From positions 1 through 24,262 of IMG/VR virus record IMGVR_UViG_3300002307_000224: DNA of 24,262 nt; one strand, written 5' to 3'. Made by a program: the position numbers and the translations under genes. This stretch comes from a virus (lineage: Duplodnaviria; Caudoviricetes). Below are positions 1-9,195 of this stretch, in pieces. The notes beneath the pieces were generated by a model. That model made no database searches, was not told where the DNA came from, and was given only the letters and a program-made list of their open reading frames with translations. Each line of letters opens with the position of its first letter. Within the stretch, counting starts at the first letter, position 1.

Positions 1-2
1 CT

Positions 3-1013
3 GTTCCTTATACACTTAGAGTTAGTGTGGATTTTTGGACTACTAACTATCAACAAAAGCTAGAACTATTTGAACAATTAGCAACATTATTCAACCCTGC
101 ACTAGAAATACAAAGCACTGATAATTTTATAGATTGGACTAGTTTAAGTGCAGTTTTCCAAGATGGGCTGGCATTCTCAAGTAGAACTATCCCGACTGGT
201 ACTAGCAACCCAATTGATGTAATGAGTTGGAAGTTTTACATGCCAATTTGGTTGAGTACGCCTGCTAAACTTAAGAAAATGGGTGTTGTTGACAAAATTA
301 TTGCAAGTATCTATAAAGGAACAGCCCTTCAAGATATTCAAAACGAAGATTTGTTATTGGGTACTAGACAGAAGATAAGTCCATATGGATATAAAGTGTT
401 ATTGTTGAACAATAGACTGCAATTGTTGCCTGCTAACGAACCATTTTATCCCGGGAATGAGACACTGGCGATCCCCACTAATCCAGACACGAATCTTTAT
501 TGGAGTGCATTGCTAAATGTGTATGGCGCATTCAAGCCAGGAATTAGTCAGATATGGTTGCAGAACCCTTACATAGAAAATGATATTGTAGGGACAGTAG
601 TACCTGATCCAAATGATGATAGATTCTTAATCTATAACATTGATAAAGATACTCTCCCGCAAAATACTATGCCACCTGTTAATAGTATTATTAATCCGCA
701 AATGACCGGACCAAATGCTGGATTGCCTGGCCCAATGCCAAATGTACGATATCTTATTGTAGAAAACATTGGTTCTACTGATGCGAGTACTGTTGCGTGG
801 GGTGACTTGGTTGCAAACGCGAATGATATTATTCAATATGATGCCGGTCAAAGTAAATGGAGAGTGTCGTTTGACAGTCAAAATGCAACAACCGTTGAGT
901 TCGTGACAAATCTTACAACCGGAATGCAGTATCGCTATGTCCCTCATGAGGGTGTTTGGATGAAATCCTACGAAGGCTGGGTCGATCAAGGCGACTGGAG
1001 CGTAGTTATTTGA
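3..1013 (+). CDS. T4 gp15-like tail sheath stabiliser/tail completion protein with C-terminal extension (5'-truncated by window)
   Basis: Frame is open from the window edge (VPYTLRVSVDFWTTNYQQKLELFEQLATLFNP), matching the gp15 'PVPY...LQ..EQI...F.P' pattern; the GTG at 27 is probably internal. Confidence 0.65.
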   Translation, partial: VPYTLRVSVDFWTTNYQQKLELFEQLATLFNPALEIQSTDNFIDWTSLSAVFQDGLAFSSRTIPTGTSNPIDVMSWKFYMPIWLSTPAKLKKMGVVDKIIASIYKGTALQDIQNEDLLLGTRQKISPYGYKVLLLNNRLQLLPANEPFYPGNETLAIPTNPDTNLYWSALLNVYGAFKPGISQIWLQNPYIENDIVGTVVPDPNDDRFLIYNIDKDTLPQNTMPPVNSIINPQMTGPNAGLPGPMPNVRYLIVENIGSTDASTVAWGDLVANANDIIQYDAGQSKWRVSFDSQNATTVEFVTNLTTGMQYRYVPHEGVWMKSYEGWVDQGDWSVVI

Positions 1014-1019
1014 TAAATA
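1014..1019 (+). promoter_or_regulatory. Late promoter motif (ga)TAAATA
   Basis: Motif recurs in ten intergenic gaps in the sense orientation; resembles the T4 late promoter TATAAATA. Confidence 0.7.
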
Positions 1020-1020
1020 A

Positions 1021-1080
1021 AGATGTAGTTCGCGGTGCGCTAACACCCAACTACTCTAACGCTATGAAGGAGCATCAGCA
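1021..1080 (+). promoter_or_regulatory. Structured 5' leader of the endonuclease gene
   Basis: GTAGTT(1025-30)/AACTAC(1049-54) and GGTG(1034-37)/CACC(1044-47) stems; short GCT/AGC stem overlapping the SD AAGGAG (1067-72). Confidence 0.55.
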
Positions 1081-1644
1081 ATGACTATTTATTATCTATA
1101 CCAAAAGACCCATATTAAAACCGGACTTAAATATCTGGGGTATACCACCCGAAATCCATTTATCTACCGGGGATCCGGTATTAAATGGGGCGATCATCTT
1201 AGAGAACACGGAGCCCATTTAGAAACAAGTATTTTAGCAGAGTCAACTTCCAAAGATGAAATTAAAACTATGGGTAGATACTATAGTGAGCTTTGGGACA
1301 TTGTTAATAGCGATGATTGGGCAAACTCAATGAAAGAAACTTGCGGCGGGCCCGGGGGAAAATCCGGAATCCCGCGCAGCGCCGAAACAAAAAGAAAACT
1401 TAGTGAATCCCTATTAGGTCGTAAACATACCGATGAGCAACGGAAAGCTAAAAGCAAGAGACAAAAAGGAAAACCAAAATCATCTACTTGGATAGATAAA
1501 ATGACGGGTAGAAAAAATCCAAAAATAAGTATTGCTCTTGCGGGTGTTCCCAAACCCAAAACGACATGCCCACACTGTGGAGTAACAGGAGGCATAGGCT
1601 CAATTAAAAGATGGCATTTTGATAACTGTAGAAATAAACAGTAA
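1081..1644 (+). CDS. Free-standing GIY-YIG-like (Seg-type) homing endonuclease with NUMOD3 repeats and C-terminal Cys/His cluster
   Basis: N-terminal YLY-x10-YLG then Y.GSG; RSAETKRKLSESLLGRKHTDEQR NUMOD3-like; CPHC...WHFDNC; SD AAGGAG. Confidence 0.75.
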   Translation: MTIYYLYQKTHIKTGLKYLGYTTRNPFIYRGSGIKWGDHLREHGAHLETSILAESTSKDEIKTMGRYYSELWDIVNSDDWANSMKETCGGPGGKSGIPRSAETKRKLSESLLGRKHTDEQRKAKSKRQKGKPKSSTWIDKMTGRKNPKISIALAGVPKPKTTCPHCGVTGGIGSIKRWHFDNCRNKQ

Positions 1645-1647
1645 ATA
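1642..1647 (+). promoter_or_regulatory. Late promoter motif TAAATA overlapping the endonuclease stop codon, 5 nt before the Nudix ATG
   Basis: gTAAATActagcATG. Confidence 0.6.
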
Positions 1648-1652
1648 CTAGC

Positions 1653-2057
1653 ATGACAAAACAAGCCGCCGGAGTATTCTTTTACTGTAAATCAACAAGT
1701 AGATATCTTTATCTACTGAGGGCTGATAATAAAAATCACACATGGAGTATTCCAGGCGGAGGAATAGAAATAGATGAGACATTACTTGAAGGCATAGCAC
1801 GAGAATGTCAAGAAGAGATGAACTTTGACATCTCAGAGTTAAAACTAGTACCCATACAAAAATTTGTAAACAAAAGCTTTAACTATCATACATTTTTCTG
1901 TGAAGTAGACAACGAATTTGTTCCAGAGCTTAACGACGAGCATGTGGGTTATGCCTGGGTAGGTAATGCATTATATCCGAAGCCATTGCATCCAGGATTG
2001 TTTAGTACAGTGAATATTGATATCGTAATTGATAAATTACGCCAATTAGAAAAATAG
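1653..2057 (+). CDS. Nudix hydrolase
   Basis: Nudix box GGGIEIDETLLEGIARECQEEMNF; later 'LNDEH..YAW'. Confidence 0.9.
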   Translation: MTKQAAGVFFYCKSTSRYLYLLRADNKNHTWSIPGGGIEIDETLLEGIARECQEEMNFDISELKLVPIQKFVNKSFNYHTFFCEVDNEFVPELNDEHVGYAWVGNALYPKPLHPGLFSTVNIDIVIDKLRQLEK

Positions 2058-2411
2058 TTAACTTATATTGAGTAACTTAGAAGCAGCTGGCCATCCAAAT
2101 GCACCAGCTAATACTCCTGCTCCCATTAGCATCCAGCGCCATTTCTCAAGCGCAGATACTTTCTTTTCTACAGCATCATGCTGCTTTTTATTATCATCTT
2201 TAAAGTCTTTTAATGACTTGTTGAAATCTTCTTTAGCACCATTTATAGAAGTTCTTATCTCAGACATATGAGTGTCTATAGAAGTATGCAAGTCCTTCAG
2301 GCCAGTTTTTAAATCTTCAACTTTTTCGTTGAGATTAGAATATTGAACCTGAAGGACAGCAATTTCTGTCTCAGTTTCACGCAATTTTTGTGCTGCTGAT
2401 ATCTGAGCCAT
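2058..2411 (-). CDS. Coiled-coil protein with C-terminal transmembrane helix (holin/XhlA-like candidate)
   Basis: Heptad-rich body, then LEKWRWMLMGAGVLAGAFGW hydrophobic segment. Confidence 0.5.
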   Translation of the reverse strand: MAQISAAQKLRETETEIAVLQVQYSNLNEKVEDLKTGLKDLHTSIDTHMSEIRTSINGAKEDFNKSLKDFKDDNKKQHDAVEKKVSALEKWRWMLMGAGVLAGAFGWPAASKLLNIS

Positions 2412-2423
2412 GACGTTTCAACC

Positions 2424-3659
2424 TTATGCGTTGCCGATAGTAACGATCGGGAATGGTTGACCATTTGCGGCGTTTGCAGTGGCAGCACTGTTAAACGATG
2501 CATACAATGGAGTAGCATTCTGCAACACAATATTTCCTGTAGCGACAGGACCTGATGTAGCAGTAAATCCTTCTGCGCTATAATCGCTCAAGCTTTGAAT
2601 CTTTACTGTTGCACTGTTTGCATAAGTTGCAGTAATTGTCATAGTGTTTGGGGTCAATGCAGTGTTAGCAACGTTTGCAGTATAGCACTGACCTACTAAT
2701 CCAGTAGTTGTGCCCTTAACAAGATACTTCTGCTTGCCCTTTTGACGAACGATATAACCTGCTTCTGGTAATGCTTGCACGAAAGAAACGTTTGTAAGAG
2801 TTGCTGTTGCGTTAGCTGCCAAAATTGACTGCTGCTGAATTGCATTAGCCGTTACGCTTGCATTTGATGTTAGTCCGACATTGGCTCCACCCGGAGTCAA
2901 TGAAACAGTGAATGCTGAAGCATTTGCAATTGTCTTGACGAAATAAGTAGTACCAGCAGTCAAATTACCAAATGAGGTACTAAAGTTAACTGGAGCATTT
3001 GCAACAAGTGTTTGTGCATTACCTGATGTTCCAATAACATTACCTGTAGCAGTTGTATTTGCGACTGCAACTGTTAATGAGCCTACGTTGTTTGCTACTG
3101 TACCAATTAAACCGACACTATTGAACAAGATAGTTCCGTTTGCAACATTAGCTAAGTCAGTTCCTAAGCCTACAATAGTTGCAGAAGTGTTTGAGGTATA
3201 CAAGGTACCTGTGCCATTTACACCTAGTGCAACGTTACAAAGAACTTCTTTGCCGTAGATTGCAGTATTACCACCGACTACGCCATAAGTTGCAGTGTTA
3301 GTTGCTGGATATCCAGCACCACTTAGTGGGTTATTGAAGTAGTTATCAACAGGTGAAATAGTTGTTGATACTGAACCAGAAGCAGTTGTTAATGGAACTG
3401 TAGTAAATGTCGGGTTTGCACTAGGATGAGTAGCAGATGCAGTGAATGTGCTATTGTTTCCAGAGTTAATAACTTGTAAAATCCAATAAACAGTTCCGCC
3501 AGTTAATCCTCCAATAGTTGTTGCAGGAATAAATGTCATACCTGCAATGATACCAAGATTGGTAAAGTTTGCAGATGTCGTAATGACATTAGTAGTTGTA
3601 GTTGTGTTAGTGATTGTTACGACTGCCTGAGCTTTGGCAATCTTAAGTGGACGACCCAT
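2424..3659 (-). CDS. Thr/Asn/Ala-rich putative virion structural protein
   Basis: 411 aa with few acidic residues, repeated G.LT.GT.Y(W/F)(I/V) beta modules; SD AAGGAG; late promoter upstream. Confidence 0.65.
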   Translation of the reverse strand: MGRPLKIAKAQAVVTITNTTTTTNVITTSANFTNLGIIAGMTFIPATTIGGLTGGTVYWILQVINSGNNSTFTASATHPSANPTFTTVPLTTASGSVSTTISPVDNYFNNPLSGAGYPATNTATYGVVGGNTAIYGKEVLCNVALGVNGTGTLYTSNTSATIVGLGTDLANVANGTILFNSVGLIGTVANNVGSLTVAVANTTATGNVIGTSGNAQTLVANAPVNFSTSFGNLTAGTTYFVKTIANASAFTVSLTPGGANVGLTSNASVTANAIQQQSILAANATATLTNVSFVQALPEAGYIVRQKGKQKYLVKGTTTGLVGQCYTANVANTALTPNTMTITATYANSATVKIQSLSDYSAEGFTATSGPVATGNIVLQNATPLYASFNSAATANAANGQPFPIVTIGNA

Positions 3660-3678
3660 TTGTTTTCTCCTTATAAAT

Positions 3679-3731
3679 GCGGGTTCTAGCCGCTACGCAG
3701 TGGGTGCTGCATAAGTTCTTCTCATAAGAAC
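3679..3731 (-). promoter_or_regulatory. Three-hairpin structured 5' UTR
   Basis: mRNA reads GUUCUU-AUGAG-AAGAAC, UAUGCAG-CACCCA-CUGCGUA, GCGG-CUAGAAC-CCGC between the TAAATA motif and the SD. Confidence 0.65.
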
Positions 3732-3740
3732 ATACACAAG

Positions 3741-3746
3741 TATTTA
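3741..3746 (-). promoter_or_regulatory. Late promoter motif (ga)TAAATA
   Basis: Upstream of the 411-aa gene leader. Confidence 0.7.
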
Positions 3747-3768
3747 TCATTATCGCAAAAAATAACGG

Positions 3769-6700
3769 TTAGAATTTAATAATAGGTAGTAACGCTACGT
3801 TAGTAGGTCTGGTTTCACTACCTCCCGTAGCACCAATTGGTGCAGCACGCCAATCTGGATAACCTCGTCCTTCTTCGTAGCTGTACGTATAACCTGATGT
3901 TGGGAAGTCGTACCCAGCATATCCTGTATGAGTATGCGATTTAAAATCATCAGTTTGGTTACTACCAAACTGTCTACTTGGATCTATTCCCCTTCCATCA
4001 TCAAAACCTCTGATAAACTGACCACGTAAGTCGGGAATATTGAAATTGGTGACGTTACCACCGTATGTATTACCTAGTGCTGCACTTAAATTAGGATATG
4101 TACTGCGTAACACACTAGCACCGTTTGCGATAATATATCCGGCTGGCGGAGTACTCATCGCAACATAGAACACCGATCCCACTGGCACTGCGCTCTGTGC
4201 TATTGCATAAATTGCATTTTGCACGTAGGAAACAACGGCCTGCTGTGTCGCAAGATATTGACTACTATTAGCAGCCATTGTACCGTCATTATCAAATTTT
4301 GTAACTAGATTATTGAAAACATCTCGCAGATTTGTAAATTGTGAATTTGCTGTTACTGTATTTGTGAACGTGCCATTCGTTGCTGCTACGTTTCCTAATG
4401 ATGCATTGCCGACTACGCTAATAGTTCCGGCTATAATAGCAGAGCTTCCTACTGTCAAGTTTGCACTAGTACTTGTGTTTCCACTTGTAGTAGTATCTCC
4501 GAGTACAGATAGATTTGAATTTACCCGCGCATTGCTAACTGTGATATTACCGGATAATGTTGCGTTTCTGTTAATAGCAACATTTCCTATAATAGAAGTA
4601 TTTCCTAAAATTGAAAGATTTCCAGTACCGGCGATATCAGTGCCTGAAATATTGCCGGTTGCAATAAGTCTATTTGTGCCCAAATTACCTACATTAGCAT
4701 TACCGGTTATATTAGCATAACCAGAAATATTTGCTCCGGCGCCATATATAGTAATGACGTTAGCTGTACCTGAAGATCCTATTCTCACTGCATAATTGTA
4801 ATCTACAATTACGTTAGATGAGCCGTTTTGAATCAAGGTGCCTGTTGCTACTGAGATGTTAGTTAATAATCCACCGTCACCTTGGAAATAGTTAGCCTTA
4901 ACTAGGTTACCTAAATTAGCGTTTAATGACGTTATATTCCCGGAGAAACTACCGAATGATGCTGAGATATTTGCGGTAGCGGTAATATTACCGGTGACTG
5001 TTAAATTTCTAGATCCTATAATATTACCTAATGCTCTGACATTTCCCGTTACGATGGCATTTCCACCGACATTTACTTCACTGATAGTAGTAACATTATT
5101 AGCTGAAACATTGTTGACTACTATTAGATTGCCAGAAACATTGCTATTTCCTGCAACAGAAATATCTCTACTTACTGAAATATTGCCTGCTGCTATATTA
5201 CTATTCACGGTCAAATTGCTACTTGTTATGCTACCAGCAGACAAATTACCACTAGAAATATTACTGGTTACTGTCAGTGATCCGAGAGAGCCAAGACTAG
5301 TAATATTAGGCTGTGCACCAGTGGTTAATATACCTGTTAATAAACTAGCGCCAATTGTTCCACTGTTTGCATACACGTTACCTGCTAAAATATTACCGGT
5401 GACGATGGCAGTAGTTAATGTACCTATACTAGTAATGTTTGGTTGATCAGTAGTAGTTAGTGTTCCAGATAAGAAACTTGCACTTACTAAGTTAGCACCA
5501 GTTAGCTGACTATCTGCACCACTCATCGTGATATCGCCATTTGCAATGAGGGTTAAGCCAGTGAAGCTTGTGCTTACACTTGTAATGTTTGGTTGAGCAG
5601 CAGTAATCAATGAACCACTAATAGTATTAGCTACTACCCGATTTGCACCAATGTTACCAACGTTAGCGTTACCTGTAATATTGAGTAATGTAGCACCAAA
5701 TGACCCTGTACTAGTATTAAAAGTAAATGCTGAATTGGTGTATGGTGAATAATTTCCCGCAGTAGTGCCGGAAACTAGTTCTGGATAATAAACTCCGGAA
5801 GTTGCAACACTTACTGTATCATATGTGCTTACGTTTGATCTTGCAGCAAACAAATTAGGTACTTGTGTAGTTGAGGTAACTACTAACGGCGCAGTACCTG
5901 TTGCTACTCTGCTTATCAACTGACCAGAGACGTTTGCGTTTCCGCCGGTTATATTAGCAGTAAATACTCCGTTTGTTGCACCAATATTGCCCACGTTAGC
6001 ATTAGAAACTACGTTTAGTAATTGTGTAGTAAGATTACCTGTCAATGCGTTGAACGAAATGTTTGCGTTTACACCTAACTGATAATTTGCGTTTGCACTT
6101 CCACTAGAGAATACTGGATAGAATGTTCCAGTGGTTTGAGCTACTACATTGCTATAATCACTGACATTACTATATGCTACATTTAAGTTTGCGACTCTTG
6201 TAGTTGACGTAACTTGTATAGGACTAGTCCCAGTCGCTACATTAGATACCAACCTACTTGCTACTACATTATTGGTAGAGTTTAGATTGCTTACGTTAGC
6301 ATTGCCAGTTACTGTTAAAATATTAGTTGCATAATCAAACGTAAAGTTTGAGCTTGCACCAAACTGTCCTGTGCTATTAGCATATTGAATCGCCGTGTTT
6401 GAGCCTGCTGCATTACCTACAAAACTAGTTGCGCCGGCTGAGCTTACTGCCTGTCCTCCAAGTTGGTAAACATTAGCAGTGATAGATGCAGACTGTAATG
6501 GAACTACGTTAGAAGTATTGCTGTCCGGACTAGTAGCGATTTTGATGTGTGTTCCGTCAGGTGGGCTACCCAACACATAGTATGTCGTGTTGGCAGTAAT
6601 GCCAGTTCCAGCCATATTTCCAATGAATTGCACTGCTGAGTTTGCAGTAAAGCTTGAACTACTTCCTACTGTAATTTGATTAGTGCCGACTGTGGTTGCA

Positions 6701-7344
6701 GTGGCAGTAGTATATGCATAGGCAGTATACGCACTTGAGTTGATCGTAGAAGTTAAACCGCTATCACTATACAGACTAAATGTATTTGATGTCAGCGGTT
6801 GCACATAGTATGCATTTCCGTTTAACTGGGTCATGCCTTGAGCATTAGTAACTGTGATTTGTGCGCCTTTGACAAAATAATGGCTGCTGACAGTAGTTAC
6901 TACTGCTGGGTTAGCTTTAGTGACATTTTGAATATTAGCAACAATAGTTGCTTTTGGTGTCCAACTAAGATTACCTGCACCATCTGTTTGTAATACAAAT
7001 CCTATTGCGCCGCCGTCAATCTTTACATTACCAACATCACCCAATGTCAATAATCCGCCGGCACCTGTTCCAGTATTAACCCAGTCAGTACCATTGAATG
7101 CTAGCACTTGGCCGGTAGCTAATGTAGTAGGACTGACATTGAGATTTCCTATTGAGCCATCTATTTGATTGAATGCAATAGATGAATAACTAGTTAATAC
7201 TTCAACATTTTCGTTAGGGGTCGTTTTACCAATAAAGAGTCTTTTTTGGTCAGAAGCCCAACCAAATTCGGCATCGTCTAACTGCGGTAAATCTACTAAA
7301 TTACCTGCACGCTGTTGTAGTTTAGAAATTTGAATAATGGACAT
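3769..7344 (-). CDS. Tail fibre protein with C-terminal phage tail collar domain
   Basis: N-terminal 'LPQL...EFGW..D..RLFIG' fibre anchor; G-N-rich beta repeats; C-terminal VPVGSV...PPAGY...NG.....YPNL...FNIPDLRGQFIRG...Q.D.FKSHTH...ETRP.NVAL. Confidence 0.88.
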   Translation of the reverse strand: MSIIQISKLQQRAGNLVDLPQLDDAEFGWASDQKRLFIGKTTPNENVEVLTSYSSIAFNQIDGSIGNLNVSPTTLATGQVLAFNGTDWVNTGTGAGGLLTLGDVGNVKIDGGAIGFVLQTDGAGNLSWTPKATIVANIQNVTKANPAVVTTVSSHYFVKGAQITVTNAQGMTQLNGNAYYVQPLTSNTFSLYSDSGLTSTINSSAYTAYAYTTATATTVGTNQITVGSSSSFTANSAVQFIGNMAGTGITANTTYYVLGSPPDGTHIKIATSPDSNTSNVVPLQSASITANVYQLGGQAVSSAGATSFVGNAAGSNTAIQYANSTGQFGASSNFTFDYATNILTVTGNANVSNLNSTNNVVASRLVSNVATGTSPIQVTSTTRVANLNVAYSNVSDYSNVVAQTTGTFYPVFSSGSANANYQLGVNANISFNALTGNLTTQLLNVVSNANVGNIGATNGVFTANITGGNANVSGQLISRVATGTAPLVVTSTTQVPNLFAARSNVSTYDTVSVATSGVYYPELVSGTTAGNYSPYTNSAFTFNTSTGSFGATLLNITGNANVGNIGANRVVANTISGSLITAAQPNITSVSTSFTGLTLIANGDITMSGADSQLTGANLVSASFLSGTLTTTDQPNITSIGTLTTAIVTGNILAGNVYANSGTIGASLLTGILTTGAQPNITSLGSLGSLTVTSNISSGNLSAGSITSSNLTVNSNIAAGNISVSRDISVAGNSNVSGNLIVVNNVSANNVTTISEVNVGGNAIVTGNVRALGNIIGSRNLTVTGNITATANISASFGSFSGNITSLNANLGNLVKANYFQGDGGLLTNISVATGTLIQNGSSNVIVDYNYAVRIGSSGTANVITIYGAGANISGYANITGNANVGNLGTNRLIATGNISGTDIAGTGNLSILGNTSIIGNVAINRNATLSGNITVSNARVNSNLSVLGDTTTSGNTSTSANLTVGSSAIIAGTISVVGNASLGNVAATNGTFTNTVTANSQFTNLRDVFNNLVTKFDNDGTMAANSSQYLATQQAVVSYVQNAIYAIAQSAVPVGSVFYVAMSTPPAGYIIANGASVLRSTYPNLSAALGNTYGGNVTNFNIPDLRGQFIRGFDDGRGIDPSRQFGSNQTDDFKSHTHTGYAGYDFPTSGYTYSYEEGRGYPDWRAAPIGATGGSETRPTNVALLPIIKF

Positions 7345-7373
7345 AAGTGCAATCTTACCTATCTGATTACACT

Positions 7374-7379
7374 TATTTA
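7374..7379 (-). promoter_or_regulatory. Late promoter motif (ca)TAAATA
   Basis: Intergenic, upstream of the tail fibre gene. Confidence 0.7.
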
Positions 7380-7386
7380 TGCTTGG

Positions 7387-8073
7387 TTATAGGAACTTAG
7401 TGTAGTATTCTTCTACTCGTTTCCACCAAAGGTCACTGTACGTATCAAACTCATTACCTTCTACGATAAATTCTTGGTACTCGTTTGCTGCGCTGCACAT
7501 TAAAATTACTCCTTTGTTGATAGAAGTACCATACACTTCGTTATGTGCATTTGCGTAAGCCGTCAATTGCAAAAAATAGTCTTCAATCCATTCACGCTTC
7601 TTAGGTTTGTTCGTTTGTTTGAAGTCTAGGATAGCTTCATCACCTTCATGGAGCCCAACTAAGTCAGTTGTTCCTGCGTAGATTTCAGGAAAGTATAAAC
7701 TGACCTCGGTTCCCCAAAACTCATCACAATTTGATAATCCATTCTTTATGACAGTCTGTGCCATTCTATGTGATTGCTGACTTGCTGGATGACCGCCGGG
7801 CTCTCCAGTGGTATCATTTAACACATAATTTTCAAGCCACTTGTGCATCCTAGTACCGCGGCCGGCTGCTTCTGCGGTGATTTCTTTTGCTTTTTGTTCA
7901 CCGACGCGGCGGCGCCATTCAATTAGTGCTTTCTTTGCCTCATGAGGTTTTGTTGCGTCAAGAATTGTAGTAACGCTAGGTAGATAGTGACCGTCAGGCG
8001 TAATATATTTACGCCCTTCAGTTGTCGTTTCTCTTTTAAGTTCGTTATAGGGATATTTTTTTACTAATGCCAT
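7387..8073 (-). CDS. PD-(D/E)XK exonuclease (RecB/Cas4/MGME1-like)
   Basis: PSVTTIL, RGTRMH..LE, E...YAGTTD, DFKQ, LQL.AY motifs. Confidence 0.85.
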   Translation of the reverse strand: MALVKKYPYNELKRETTTEGRKYITPDGHYLPSVTTILDATKPHEAKKALIEWRRRVGEQKAKEITAEAAGRGTRMHKWLENYVLNDTTGEPGGHPASQQSHRMAQTVIKNGLSNCDEFWGTEVSLYFPEIYAGTTDLVGLHEGDEAILDFKQTNKPKKREWIEDYFLQLTAYANAHNEVYGTSINKGVILMCSAANEYQEFIVEGNEFDTYSDLWWKRVEEYYTKFL

Positions 8074-8078
8074 AAAGT

Positions 8079-8106
8079 ATTATATCATACTATTATATCA
8101 ACACAA
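8079..8106 (-). promoter_or_regulatory. Sigma70-like promoter TTGTGT-N16-TATAAT (extended TGn), 5 nt before the ATG
   Basis: Read directly; no SD upstream of the exonuclease ATG. Confidence 0.55.
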
Positions 8107-8115
8107 TAGTAATGG

Positions 8116-8448
8116 TTACTTTTTCAACGCCCGCCTAGCCATTTTAGCTACTACTTTGTCATTATCATCTGTTTTAGGCATGTCAATTGTTTTCTCTTTT
8201 TGATCAGTGAAAATTACATCATTACCTTGAATGTTCTTAATGACATCCTTTAAAGGGGGAACCTGAATCATGTTATATAGATCATCAGCATCAAGAATAA
8301 CATCATACTTTTGAAAATAATTTAACAAATCGTCCAATGTATAATTATCGGGGATTTTGCCATCTTCTCTTCCTTGTTTAAGCTGATTGCTTAGCGCCAC
8401 TATTTTGGTGACGAGTGCGCTATCCTGGTCGAACTCGTACAAACGCAT
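8116..8448 (-). CDS. Hypothetical late protein (110 aa)
   Basis: ORF tightly coupled to the upstream gene; starts MRLYEF. Confidence 0.7.
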   Translation of the reverse strand: MRLYEFDQDSALVTKIVALSNQLKQGREDGKIPDNYTLDDLLNYFQKYDVILDADDLYNMIQVPPLKDVIKNIQGNDVIFTDQKEKTIDMPKTDDNDKVVAKMARRALKK

Positions 8449-8450
8449 TA

Positions 8451-9143
8451 TTATCTCTTTGCACGACCTACGTTTGCAAATTCTTCTTCCTCTTCATCAC
8501 CCATTCCAGGGGGAGGGGGAAGGTCAACTGGCTCTTCTTCTGGCTCTTCCATGTCCATGTCCATGTCCATGTCCATGTCTTCTTCGCCAGGTTCTTCAGG
8601 AGCAAATGCATCTGCGCCGCCTTGACCAGTTAGGCCGCCAACTGCGCTCTTCAATGCAGTTTGTGCTTCCTGTAGTGCAGCATTAAGTGATTGTAGAGTA
8701 CTACTTACAGTTTCGTTAAATGATGTGCTTTCGTTGACTCCAATCTCGGATTCAATGCTATCTACCAGCGCTGGAAGTTCTTTGACCATCATGTCATTTA
8801 CTTCTTCATACCATTTTTGTACATTGTCAACCATATCCTGAGCAGCAAGAATTACTTGACTCTTTTCAACTTCTTCGTTTTCAAAAACGATGCGGGGCTG
8901 CTTAGCAATGCGAAGGTGGTCAGTTAATGCTTGCTCCATAAATAGCATCTTCATGTAGCTAGGATTTATTTCTGATTTATGGAAATCAGGACTTAGTCTT
9001 GCTTCTTTGATAAGGCGTGAGACTTTCTTAAGCATATTCAGTGTATTAGGACGGTCTAGTCTTGATACATCAACTGAAACACTGAAGTTTTCTCTCAGTG
9101 CTTTAACTGCTGAATTTTTAATATCTAAGTCATTAAGTTTCAT
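8451..9143 (-). CDS. Helical protein with acidic low-complexity tail; possible prohead core/scaffold-like protein
   Basis: Coiled-coil middle, EEPGEEDMDMDMDMDMEEPEEE tail, late promoter upstream. Confidence 0.5.
   Translation of the reverse strand: MKLNDLDIKNSAVKALRENFSVSVDVSRLDRPNTLNMLKKVSRLIKEARLSPDFHKSEINPSYMKMLFMEQALTDHLRIAKQPRIVFENEEVEKSQVILAAQDMVDNVQKWYEEVNDMMVKELPALVDSIESEIGVNESTSFNETVSSTLQSLNAALQEAQTALKSAVGGLTGQGGADAFAPEEPGEEDMDMDMDMDMEEPEEEPVDLPPPPGMGDEEEEEFANVGRAKR
8550..8579. repeat. (CATGTC)x5 tandem repeat encoding (DM)5
   Basis: Read directly. Confidence 0.9.
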
Positions 9144-9168
9144 ATTTGATTCTTCCTATTTGATAAAG

Positions 9169-9174
9169 TATTTA
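9169..9174 (-). promoter_or_regulatory. Late promoter motif (ga)TAAATA
   Basis: Intergenic, upstream of the 9143 start. Confidence 0.7.
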
Positions 9175-9195
9175 TCTTATTCTGTTAAATTTAAA

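Noticed and set aside
627-2530. Alternative ORFs 627-1046(-), 1281-1664(-), 2068-2271(+), 2309-2530(-)
   Set aside because: Shadow or out-of-frame overlaps of better-supported genes, with no motifs
3769-4200. Tail fibre tip as a diversity-generating retroelement target
   Set aside because: No template repeat or reverse transcriptase in the window; the tip is an ordinary collar-type C-terminus
4313-5446. Plus-strand ORFs 4313-4720 and 4994-5446
   Set aside because: Antisense mirror of the repetitive tail-fibre codons
7387-8073. Cas4-like nuclease as a sign of a CRISPR system
   Set aside because: No repeat-spacer array or other cas genes seen, and no Fe-S cysteine pattern; such exonucleases are common in phages
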